Below are positions 48,349 through 59,597 of a stretch of 64,000 nt of DNA, piece after piece. The notes below the pieces were generated by a model. That model was given only the letters and a program-made list of their open reading frames with translations, was not told the DNA's origin and searched no databases. The position numbers were made by a program, and so were the translations under genes. The stretch comes from Scenedesmus sp. PABB004 (taxonomy: Eukaryota). Position 1 is the stretch's first letter. The number at the start of each line of letters is the position of its first letter. Location: contig CM026548.1 in assembly GCA_014905635.1 (NCBI GenBank), positions 620,001 through 684,000 on the forward strand, in the 5' to 3' direction.

Positions 48349-51300
48349 ACGAGCAGCGCGCGCGTCGGCGCCTCCCCGCCGCCGCCGCCCGCCCGCGCTG
48401 CCGGGCCCCCGCGCACGCCGCCCCTGCCTGCCCCACGCTGCGCCTAAACCCTAAACCCGCGCACGGGCTCGCTCACTTGTTGGTCACAAACTCGAGCTGG
48501 CAGCCAAACTTCTTGTAGTTGTTTGCAAACCACTCGAGCAGCGGCTGCTTCTCCTGCACCTCGAGCTCGCCGCCCGACTCCTTGTCCTTGAAGTGGCTCG
48601 AGTTCTTGGCCTCCTCGCTCGAGAGGTGCTTCACCTCGGTCTTGCCCGTCGCGGTGTTCAGCAGCTCGTACCTGTGGCGCGGCGCGGCGGCGCGGCGCAG
48701 GGCGGTTGGGCGCGCGCGTACGCGAGCGCGGCGCGGCGTGCTGGGCGCGCGCGCCGCGCCGCCGGCCCGCCGCCGCCGCCGGCCCGCCGCCGGCGCGGGC
48801 GGCGCACCGGTCGCAGTCGAGCGCCTCCCACACGATGAGCACCTCGACCGCGCCCATCTCGAGGCAGGCGAGCGTGTCCTTCACGCTGAACACAAACTTG
48901 CCCGTGTCCTGCAAACGCGCGCGCACCCGGCGCCGGCGGCGGCGGCGACGCGGTGAGGCCGGCGCGCGCGGCAAGCCAGGGACGCCGCGCGCGCGCGCGC
49001 GCGCGCCGCCGCCGCCGCCACTGAAAACGCGGCAGCTGAGCAGCGGCAGAGCGGCGGCGGGTGCAGCGGCAGCGGGTGGTGCGGGTGGCGGCAGCGCGGG
49101 TGCGGCCTCGTGCGCGCCTGGCTGATTTCGTCGAAGAAGCGGGAGATGAGTCGCTTCTCCTGCACAAACTTGACGTTGCTCAGCATGTCGGCCGCGAGCT
49201 CGATGGCCTGGTTGAACCCGTTCTCGCCGCCTGGGTGGAGTGGAGGGAGGTGCGGTTTAGGGTTGAAGGGGAGGGGGGCAGGGCGCGGGGAGGGGTGCGG
49301 GAGCGGGCGGTTGTGGTGGCGGGGAGGGGGGCGGGGAGGGGCGCGGGGAGGGGCATAAGCGAGCAATGGTGGCGGGGGGAGTGGGAGGGGTGTGGGTGTG
49401 AGTGTGGGTGTGAGTGTGTGGCCGCCCTGTGAACCGTGGGCCAGCCCGGGGGCGCCCGGCGGCTGGCCCCGGTGCGAGGGCGGCGCGTCGCTGTGGGGCA
49501 GAGCCATTTCTTCAGCGTGCCATGGGCGGGGCAGCGGACTTGGTATTCTGCCCCGTGCCGCGCCGCGTGCGTGCGGCGCTGCGCGCTGCGGCACTGCGTG
49601 TGCATGCGTGCGCCTGCTGCCTGATCTCCCGCTGGCTGCTGCGCCGCCGGCCGGCCCGCCGCCGCCGCACAGGCGCCGCCGCCGCCGTGCTGCGGCGCGG
49701 CGCGGCGCACCGTAGCTGACGTCGACCACGCCCAGCACGACCGCCTGCAGGCGCGGGTCAAACATGTCTGACTGGCTCAGCTCGGTCTTGAAGTCGGCGC
49801 TGCCGCTGAGCACGAGGCCCGACACGTTGGGCCGGTCGGCCGTGATGTACATCTGCGTCGCCAGCTCGGCGACCTGCGGCGGCACCCGGCGCGACACGCG
49901 CGCGGAGGGTGCGCGCGGGCGGGCGGCGGCGCGTGGGCGCCGGCGAGTGCGCTGCCGGCGCGGCGCGCGCGGCGCGGGCCCCGCGGCGGCACCGCCCCCG
50001 CTGCCGCTCCCGCTCCTGCACACGCCATGCCGCTCCCGGCTGGCGCAGCAGCGGCGGCACCACCCCGGCTCCCCGCTCCCGCGTGCTGCCACGTGCCGGC
50101 CTGGCAGCCCGCGCCCGCTCCCCGCTCGTGCATGCACCTTGCGCACGTAGTTGTGCCGCTTCTCCATGCGCAGGCGCGCGAAGCGCAGCGCCGACTGCCC
50201 GCCGCGGCCGTGCTTCTTGGGCAGGTCGACGGTGAACTTGTGCAGGATCTCGCGCGTGTTGCCGGAGAGCGTGCCGAAGAGCGTGCCGTTGCCGTCCATG
50301 ACGATGAAGCCGTACCTGGGCGGTTCAGGGGTTAGGGGTGCAGGGCAGGGCAGGCGGGCGGGCAGGGTCTAAGGGTTTAGGGGTTAAGGGCTCGCCGGGC
50401 TCGCCTTGCGGCGGGGCGCGGCGGGATCGCCGGCGGCGGCGCGCGCGTGGAGCGGGCGGCCGCAGCGGCGCGCGTGCAAGCGGCAGCGCGTGCCGGCACG
50501 GCGCGGCGCGGCCGTGGCGCGGCGCGGCCGCAGCGGCGCACTTGTTGTCGCTCTCGAGCAGCTCGCTGAGCGCGGCGGTGTGGAACTTGTTGTCGCACAT
50601 GTAGAGGCTCGTGTTGATCGGCTTGAACGGCTCAAAGTCGATGTTGACCTTCTTCTCCTTGCCCTCCTCAGTCATGATCATGCCCGTGTACACGACCAGC
50701 CCGTTGGGCGGCAGCTGGCGCGGGCGGGCGGCGGGCGGCGGGGCAGGGTGTGGCGGGCGGGGCGGGGCGGCGGGAGGGGTGGGTGGCGCGCGGGCGCGGG
50801 GCCGCGCTGTGCGCCCGACCCGCGGCGCCGCCGCCGCGCGCCCAGCCCGCAGCGCGCCGCGCTGCGCGCCCAGCCCGCCCAGCCCGCAGCGCCGCGCCCG
50901 CGCCGCCGCTGCTGCTGCCGCGCCGGCGCCGGCGCGGGCACCTTGTTGTAGAGCTTGAGGCGCTGCTGCGCCGACGTGATGGCGCCGAGCACCGAGAGCC
51001 GGTTCACGCGGCTCTTGATGTTGGACGCGGTGCCGTACTCGTCGCCGAGCATCTTCTGCACGCGGCTGATCTGCGCGCGCGGACAGCGCGCGCGCGCCGG
51101 AGCGGCGGGCGCGCGGGTGGGCGAGCGCGCCGCGCCCGCGCCGTGCCACGCCCGCCGCCGCCCTGAGGAGCCGGCCGGCGGCTGCCGGCTGCGCCGCCGC
51201 CCGCGCGGGGGCAGCACGCGCCTGGTCCTTGGGCGGGAGGATGAGGGAGATCATGCTCGTGCCGTTGCCGCGCGCCGCCTCGAGCGCCTTGATGAGGCGC

Positions 51301-51811
51301 TTGACCTTCCACATCTCGACCTGCGGCGCGCGTGCGCAGCGCGTGCGCGTGCGCGTGCGGCGGCGGGCGGCGGCCGAGCCCCCTGCTGCCGCTTCTGCTG
51401 CTACTGCCGCTGCCGCTGCCGGCGGCGCGGCGGCGGCCGCGGCGAGCGCGGCGGCGGCCAGCGCTGCCGCCGCCGCTCCGCAACCGCTGCCGCCGCCGGC
51501 GCGCCGCGCCAGCGGCGGCGCCGCGGCGGCCGCGACGGCTGCCCAGCACGCGCCGGTTCCGCCCGGGCGCTGCCACTGGACCGGCGCGGGCCCCGCCGCG
51601 CCCGGCTGCTGCTGCCGCCCGCCGTGCCCGGCTGCTGCGGCCGCGAGGAGGCCGGCGCGGCCCCGCAGCTGCGCCACGCAGCGAGCGCTGTGCCACGGCG
51701 AGCCGCCACCGCTCTGGGCGCGCGGCCTGGGCGCCGGGGCGGGCACGGCGGGCGCGGCCATCACGCGCACACCTGGCGGTCGGTCTCATCCTGCGCCGCC
51801 TTGTCCGCCAT
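48024..51811 (-). CDS. ERF1: Eukaryotic peptide chain release factor 1, ~11 exons
   Basis: [85 protein letters not shown] 48026-48024. Confidence 0.98.
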
Positions 51812-52252
51812 GGCGCCAAGCACGCCTCCGGCGACGGACGCGCCGCAAATTCAGCGCCGGCGCTGCTGCTGCCCCGGGGCTGACGCCGGCCGGCGGCCTG
51901 GGCGGTGGCGGGCGCGGGCGGGCTGCGGCGGGCGCCCGGGAGAAAGAGGGCGGCCGCGGGCGCGCGCACGGGGCGTCGGCGCGGGAGAGGCGCCCGCGCG
52001 GCTGCCGCCGGCGTGACGGCGCGCGGGCCGACGCGCGAGCGCCGGCTTCGGGCGGCGTGCGCGGCGTGTGGTCGCAGGCTCCCTCTGCGTTGCACAGCGC
52101 GCCGCACGCGACCCCCTCGAGCTCGCGCGGCGGTCGCTGTGCGCGTCGCCTCCGCTCGGTGGCGGCGCTCAGCGACCACCGCGCCGAGCTCCTCGAGGGT
52201 CTCCCGTCACGCGCGCGGCGCGCTCGCCGGCCGCGGCCGGCCATCACGCGAG

Positions 52253-55200
52253 TCAGTCGTCCTCCACGCTGCTCGTCGCGCCCATGTGCTTGTCCTCCAC
52301 GCGCCGCACCTGCGGCGGCGGGCGGCGCGGCGCGGCGCGCTCGGCCAGCCTGCCGCCAGGCGGCGGGCTGGCAGGCTCGCGCTCGCCGCCGGCGCCGGAG
52401 CCCACGGCGGCCAGCGAGTCAGCTGGCTGGACCGGCCACCGACCAGCCGCGCGCAGCGCACCTGGATGGTGTGCGTCGACGCGGAGCGCCAGATGGGCCG
52501 CTTGCCGCTCTGCACCAGCGCCACGACCTGCCCGCGGTCCAGGTAGCGCCGCGCCACGAGCTCCCCGAGCGCCGCGTCAAACGTCGCCTCTGGAAAACGG
52601 CGGGCGGCGGCGCCGCGCGGCGGGCGCGGCGGTCGAGCCGAGCGCGCGGCGAACGCGCCCGCAGCCGAGCGCGCGGCGGCCGCGCCCGCAGCCGGGCAGC
52701 CACCGCGCGCCGCACCCGCGTCGTCGCTGAACTCCAGCAGCAGCGGCACGACGCCGTGGTAGAGCGTGAGGTGGCGCTGCACCTGCGGGTTGTCTGCAGG
52801 CCGCCCGCGGCGGCGGCGCGGCGGTCGGCGCGCGGGCGGCCGGGGGCTGCGGCGCGGCGCCTCAACCCCGAGGGTCGGGGTCCCAGACGCCAGCAGGCCC
52901 AGAGCCTCCTGTCTAAACCCTGAACAAAGCCCTGAACCGCGCCCACCCGTGAAGGCAAAGATGGTGTGGTCGGGGCGGTAGTGGCTGAGGAGCGCGGGCA
53001 TGCCGCCCTGGCGGCTGAACACGAGCAGCGGCGCGCGCACGGTGTTGGCCACTGCGGCCGAGGCGGCGGGCGCGCGGGCGGCGCGGCGCGTGGGCGGCGC
53101 GCGGGCGACGCGCGGCCCCCGTCCCCGGCCGCGCTGCAGCCGCGGCAGGCCGACCGCCTGCCTCGCTCACTCGTGGTGCTGTGGAATGCAAACATCTCGC
53201 TCAGCCACGCGTCGCTCGGCCCGCCGCCGCCGCCGGCGCCCGCCGCCGCGCCGCGCTTGCCGGGCGGCATGACCCAGTCGATCGGCGGCGCCTCGTCGGT
53301 GCCAAAGCGCCGCGCGCCCTGCGGGGCGCGTGTCGTGCGGCGGCGCGGGCGTCGTCGCGCGGCGGCGGGCCGGGGCCGGGGCCGGGCGCGCCGCGGCCCC
53401 GCGCGGCCTCCCTCCCCGCGCGCCGGCGGACCGCGTATCGCTGCATGGCGATCTCGGTGCGCAGCGCGACGGTGCTCTGCGTCGCCACGGCCTTGAGCGG
53501 AAACTTGCCTGCGAGCGCGGCGCGGGGCGGGTGGGCAGTGGCGGCGCGGGGCCGTGCGCGAGCACCGCAGCCGGCGCCGAGCGCAGCTGGGGCGGCGGGG
53601 CGGCGGGGCGGCGGGGCGCGCCGCCGGCGCACCGTACGCGGTCTCGCCGCTGAGCATCACCGCGTCGGCGCCCTCGCGCACCGCGATCGCGATGTCGCTG
53701 ACCTGGGGGCAGGGAGCGGCGGCGCCACGGTCGCGCGCGGCGCAAGCGGCCGGGGCTCGCGCGCGCCGGGCGGCCGCGGGGCGGCGCGCACCTCTGCGCG
53801 CGTGGGCGCGGGGTTGCTGATCATTGACTCCAGCATGTTGGTCGCGACGACCACGGGCTTGCCGCGCCGGCGGCAGCCCTGCACGATCTGGGCCTGCCAG
53901 AACGGGACCTCGGCGAGCGGGAGCTCAGCGCCGAGGTCGCCGCGCGCGACCATCGCGCCGTCGACGGCGTCAAGGATGCTGTCGAGCGCCTTGACCGAGT
54001 CGGCGCTCTCAATCTTGGCCAGGACCTGCAGGGCAGCGGGCGGGGCGGCAGGGCGGGGCGCCGGCGTGCTGTGACTGTGCCGTGTGGGCTGCTGGCGCGG
54101 CGCATGCGCCAGAGAGGAAGAGGGAGAGAGCCAGAGAGTGTGCGGGCGCGGCGCGGCGGCGCGCCTTGATCTTGCTGCCCTGCGCCGCGAGCCACTTCTT
54201 GACGTCCAGGATGACCTGGGCGTCCTGCGCGGCGGCGGCGGCGCCAGCGCCAGCGGCGGTGCCGGCGGCGTGAGCCTCGGCGCGCCCGCGAGCGGCGCGC
54301 ACTCAGCCTGGCCCGCCCCCTGGCGGCGCGGCGCGGTGTCCGGCGGTGCGGTGTCTGGCGCGGCGCAGCGCGGTGCGGTGCGGTGTGGCGCGGCGCGGCG
54401 CGGGCGCCCGCGGTGGTCGTGCCTTGACGAAGCTGAGCGCGTAGTAGTCGACGCCCGCCTCGACGCCAAACTTCAGGTCCAGCCAGTCCTGCGCGCGCGT
54501 GAGTGTGTGCAGGGCGCGCGCGTGTGCTTGGTGTGTGTGCTGGGCCGGGCCGGTGGGGCGGCCGCGCGCCGGGCGGCGCGTGTCGCCGCGCGGACCTTGT
54601 CGGTGATCGCCGGCAGCGTCGCGCTCTTGCCGCGCACGTTGAGGTGCCGCCGGCTCTCCAGCACGCCGCCGTCGACGCACTCGACCTGCGCCGGCGCACG
54701 GCGGCCGTGCGGCCGCGTCGGCCCGGTGCCCGCCCCGCCCCCCGCTAGCCCTGCCCTGCCCTCCCTCCCTCCCGGCTCCCCGCGCACGCCTCCCTCTATT
54801 TCAACAGCCGCGCCTGCACGTTGGGGCCGTCCTTGCCGACCACTTTGAAGCTCATGATGCCGCCGTCGACCAGCAGCTCGTCGCCGACGCTCACGTCATC
54901 GATGAAGCCGTCGTAGTTCACGCTCACACGCCCGCCCTTGCCGTTGGCGCCTGCACGGCGCGGCACGGCACGCGGGGGCATGGAGGTGAGGCGAGGCGCG
55001 GGAGCCAGGTGCGGAGGCGAGGCGGCGCGGCGGCGCGGCCGGCGGTGGCGCAGGGCGGTGCGGCGCGGCGCGCACCCTCGCGTATGGTGAACGTCACGCG
55101 GCCGCCCGCCTCGAGCAGCATCGGCTCCGCGAGGTCGCCGCTGCGCACCTCGGGGCCCTGCGGCCGGCGGCGGCGGCGCGGCGGGGGTCGCCCCGGCGCC

Positions 55201-55795
55201 CACCCTTGCGCTCACGGCTTCCGCGCGCGCGCCGGCCGGCGCGCCCCGTGCACACAGCCCCGCACGCCGCGCCGCCGCCGCGCCTTGGTGTCGAGCATCG
55301 TCGCGACGCAGCCGCGCCCGGTCGCGTTGTACTCGCGGACGAGGTCCACGACCGCCTGGTGGCTCTCGTGGCTGCCGTGGCTCATGTTGAGCCGCGCGAC
55401 CGCCATGCCCGCGTCGGCGAGGCGGAAGAGGTCGTCCCGGCTGGCAGTGGCGGGGCCGATCGTGCACACGAGCTTGGTCTTGCGCGTCCACGGCGCGGCG
55501 GCGCCGCCGCGGAAGCCGCTCGGCGCGACGTCGCCCGGGTAGCCCCCGAGCTCGGACCGCTCGCGCGGGCGGTCCCAGGCCTCGCGGTCGCGGAAGACGT
55601 CGCGCTCGGCGAGCAGGCCGCCGCCGCCGTCGGGGGCGCGGCGCCGCACGGGCGCGAGCGCCGCGCAGCAGCGCCGCCGCCGGCGGCGAGGCTCGCGCTT
55701 CCGGGCCGCCTGACGAGGGTCGCAACAGCCGTCCGGCGCGGCCCTGGAGCCGTCCCGGGCGCGCCGGCGGCGGCGCCGCGCCGCAGGGAGCGCAT
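52253..55795 (-). CDS. PYK: Plastid pyruvate kinase, ~14 exons; apparent 1-nt frameshift in transit-peptide region near 55634
   Basis: [117 protein letters not shown]. Confidence 0.97.
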
Positions 55796-56113
55796 CGCGC
55801 CCGCTGACGCTCTGCTGCTGCTGCTGCTGCCGGGTTCCTGGTTCAGCGACGAGCGGCGCGCCCCCTGCGTGAGGCGAGCGACGCGACGAGCAGTGCGCTG
55901 CGCGCTGGAGCCTCACGGGACCCACACACAGCGGCAGCAGAAGCGCCGCGTTTTCGGTCGCCGAAACCCTCCCAGGGCTCAGCTTCCTCAACCAAAAGTC
56001 GGATTGTCCGCGGGGCGCGACCACGCAGCCGACGCACCACCCCTCCCGCCCTGCGCCTCGCCGCTCCGCGCCGCGCCGTCCCTGCCGCCGCTCGCCGAAC
56101 GCGGCGCCGCTGC

Positions 56114-57680
56114 ATGTTGCTGGCCGCGCGCTGCCGCCAGGCTGCCGCCCCACTGCGCCAGCGCCTGACCCCGGCCGCGCTGCGCCTGCTCTGCCGCCCG
56201 GCGGGCGAGCGCGGCATGGCGGCGGCGGTCGACGGCTCGGGCGGCTGCGGCGACAGCGCCGGCGGTGCCCAGCTGCTCGCGGCCGCTGAGGACCGCTACG
56301 ACGGCGTCATCATCGACGAGTCCCGCCTGCCCGCCGACCCGGCGGCCTTCGGCGCGGCGCTCGCGGCGTCGCTGTCAGCCTGGGCGGCGGCGGGCAAGCG
56401 CGGCGTGTGGCTGAAGCTGCCGCGGCGCAGCCACGCGGCGCTCGTGCCCTTCGCGGTCGACGGGGGCTTTGAGTTTCACCACGCGGAGGCGGATTACGTG
56501 ATGATGACCAAGTGGCTGCCCCCAGACTCGCCAAACACGCTGCCGCCCAACGCGTCGCACCAGGCACGGCGGCGGCGCGGGGGCGGCGCGGCGCCGGCGC
56601 GGCGCGCGGCGTGGCGGCGCGGCGGCGCGGCGGGCCAGCGCGGCGGCGCAGGCGTGCGCGCGAGCGCGCGCGCCCCTGCGCCGCAGGTCGGGGTGGGCGC
56701 GTTTGTGGTGAACGCGCGGCGCGAGGTGCTCGTGGTGCAGGAGGCCAACGGCCCGCTGCGCGGCGAGGGCTTCTGGAAGATGCCGACCGGCCTCGTGCAC
56801 GCGGGTGCGCGCTCGCGCGGGGCGCGGGCGCCCGGTGCTCGCTCGCCGCCGCCGCCGCCGCTGCGGCCGCGGCCGCCAGACAATGCGCGCGTGCCGCACG
56901 GCGTGACGCGCGCGCGCTCGCTGCGCCTGCTGCCGCCGCCGCGCCGGCAGGCGAGGACCTGATCGACGCGGTCGAGCGCGAGGTGGCGGAGGAGACGGGC
57001 GTGGCCGCAGACTTTGCCGCGCTCATCGCCGTGCGCCAGGCGCGCCGCCGCGCCGCGCCGCGCACGCCGCGCCGCGCCGCCGGCCGCTGCGCCGGCCACG
57101 CGCCGCGCGCCTCGGCCGCGCCGCGCGACCCGCGCCGGCGCCCACACGCTGCTTTGTGCCCGCACGCACCGCGCCGCGCGTGGGCGGCCATGCCCGGCCG
57201 CGCACTCCACAACGCGCAGGCGCACGGCTTCCTGCATGGAAAGAGCGACCTCTTCTTCTGCTGCGGCCTCACGCTGCGCGACGGCGGCGGCGCCGGCGAG
57301 CCGCCGTCGGCGCTCAAGCCCTGCGTGAGCCGCGCGCGCGGCGCGCGGGCGGCAGGCCGGCGGCCGGCAACCGCACCGCGCACGAGCGCCCCCATCGCCA
57401 CCGCCGCCGCCGCCGCGCGCAGGAGCGGGAGATTGCGGCGGTGCGGTGGATGCCGCTGGAGGAGTACGCCCAGCAGCCGTACTTTTCCAAGCTGCCGGAG
57501 GCGTACCACACGCTGCTGGCGCGCTGCGTGGCGTGGGCCGACGGACGGTACCGCGGGCTGCGCGGCCGCGTGTTTGACGGCAGCCCGGGGCGCCCGCGCC
57601 GCGACCTGCTGATGTGGGGCGACGTCGACGACGCGGCGGTCGGCGGCGGCGAAAGCGGTGCGCCGGGGCTCAAAAGCTGA
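56114..57680 (+). CDS. Nudix hydrolase (plant NUDT2/NUDT8-like, ADP-ribose/NADH type), 5 exons
   Basis: DRYDGVII, GKRGVWLKLP, FEFHHAE, LPPNASHQVGVGAFVVN, WKMPTGLVHAGEDLIDAVEREVAEETGV (Nudix box), GKSDLFF, EIAAVRWMPLEEY. Confidence 0.93.
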
Positions 57681-58214
57681 GCCCTGTGCGCCACGGTGCT
57701 TGTTATGCCGCCTTGGGCCCGAGGCACACATAGCCCGCGCCCAGCCGTGCCCGGACGTCCGCCCTGCGGCAGCGGCAGCGGCAGCGGCAGCAGCAGCAGC
57801 AGCAGCGGCAGCGCCGGCCACCAGCTAGCGGGGTCTCGCCGCGCACCTCCCCGCAGCTCTGGCATCCGCCCGCGGCCAGCCGCGCGCACCGCGCCGGTCA
57901 GCGTGCGTCGGCGGCTGGCGCGGGCTCGCTCGCCGCCACGCAACGCGCCGTCGTCCGCTCCCACGCACGGCCAGGCGCGTCGGCTGAGCGCGCGCAGGTG
58001 CGACCAGGGAGCGCTGTTGCCGCGGGCGTGCGCCACATGAGCAGCAGGCGGGCGCAGGGCACGGCGCTGCCGCCGCTGCCGCCGCTGCTGCCGCCGCTGC
58101 TGCCGGCAGCGCAGGCGCCCGCACGCGCCTGGCCTCCGACGCCGCTCGGCCCCCGGCCACGCAGGGCGCGCCCCGGGGGGCCCGCGGCGCCGGCGGCCGC
58201 CGCCTCGGGGGCCG

Positions 58215-58595
58215 ATGTCGGCGGCGCGGCAGGGCGCGCTGAGCACGCTGCAGCTGTACCGCCACATTTTAAGGGCAGCCAAGCACTTCCCGAGCGTGAA
58301 GAAGCAGCGCATCATCGAGCAGATCCGGCAGGAGTTTCGCGAGAATTCGGTACGCCGCCGCCCGTGGAAAGGCGCCGCCCGCCGGATCTCCGCCGCCCGC
58401 GCGCCGCCGCTTGGCGCGACCCACGCGCGCCGCGCGACGCCTCGCCCCGCGCAGGGCGTGGCCGACCCGGACAAGCGCGCCAAGTGCATCGCGGTCGCGG
58501 AGCGGGGGCTGAGCGACCTTCAGGCGTACGCGGCGATGGCGGCCAACGCCGCGGGCGGGGACATGTCCATCACCCTCAAGGGCGCGACCAGCTGA
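58215..58595 (+). CDS. LYR-motif (Complex1_LYR) mitochondrial protein, 2 exons
   Basis: LQLYRHILRAAKHFPS...IRQEFREN|GVADPDK...AERGLSDL; intron 58350-58454. Confidence 0.9.
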   Translation: MSAARQGALSTLQLYRHILRAAKHFPSVKKQRIIEQIRQEFRENSVRRRPWKGAARRISAARAPPLGATHARRATPRPAQGVADPDKRAKCIAVAERGLSDLQAYAAMAANAAGGDMSITLKGATS

Positions 58596-58697
58596 CCAGC
58601 AGGGAGCGGCAGCAGCCTGCCCGCGCGAGCAGCCGCCGCGGCTGCAGCTGCAGCCAGGCGCAGCTGCAAGCTGGCCAGCGCCGGCAAGAGTGCTTCG

Positions 58698-58753
58698 TTA
58701 CAAGGCGGGGCCTGTCGCGTGCCGGGCGGCGGGGCCTCCCTGCTCGTTTTACA
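58698..58753 (-). terminator. Two TGTAA poly(A) signals on minus strand (probable 3' end of the kinase gene)
   Basis: TTACA on + strand at 58698-58702 and 58749-58753, downstream of the minus-strand stop at 59598. Confidence 0.55.
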
Positions 58754-59597
58754 AGAGTTTTGCAGTCGCTCTCTGACCCGCAGGCAGCAGCACGCGCCGG
58801 CGCTGGGCAGCCGTGCGCGCCCCGTGCTTCGTTAGTTGGCCGCCAGCATAACCATGCGCCGCCGCGGCGCCCGCACCGTTCGTCGGGCCGCGGCGCGCCG
58901 CGGCGCCTCACCAGCCGCGGCGCTGCTGTCGCCCGCGTGGCCCGCGCCGGGCCGGCCGGCGGCCTGTCAGGGGCACCCAGCCGCCCAGAAGTGCAGTGAC
59001 GCCCGGCGCCAGCGCGCAGACCCCCGCATTCCAGTCCGCGCGGCGTGGCGGCCGCGGGCTGCGCGGACATCGCCGCGTGGCGCAGTGCGGGCAGGCGCCC
59101 GCCCGCCGTGCGGCGGCGGGTGCAGGCATTGGAAAGCAAGCGCTGCAACATGCGGGCCGCGGGCGCGCGCATGCGCGCGCGCGAGGCGCGCCGCCTCGGG
59201 CCGCCGCCGGAGGCGCGCCCGCTGGGCTGGCCCCCGAGCGGCGCGCCCGGCTCGGCGCGCGAGCCGCACACGCACACACACCAAACACGGCACACGGTTG
59301 CTCGCTTGTGCATGCGCGCTTGGTTTGGCGCTGCGCCGCCGCGGCCCGCACCCATGTCGAATGCGGCGCACACACTTCCCGCATCCCCATCTTTCTTTGC
59401 TCAAAGCACGCGCCGTCAATTGCTGCCACAGCCCAGCCCTGCCCCGCGTGCAGATGTGAGCGCGCCGCCGTGGTAACGCGCAGGCCGGGCCGGAGCGCTC
59501 ACACGCCCCTGACGCGAGCCTCCCTCCGGCCGAGGCGCGGGCGCGGCGCGGCGGCCCCCGTGCCGCGCCGCGCCACGCGCGCCGCGCCGCGCCCGCC

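Noticed and set aside
48024..51811. eRF1 variant implying a non-standard genetic code
   Set aside because: GTS, NIKS, YxCxxxF and GGQ motifs are canonical. TGA, TAA (SnRK1beta) and TAG (CaMK-like) all terminate genes in this window.
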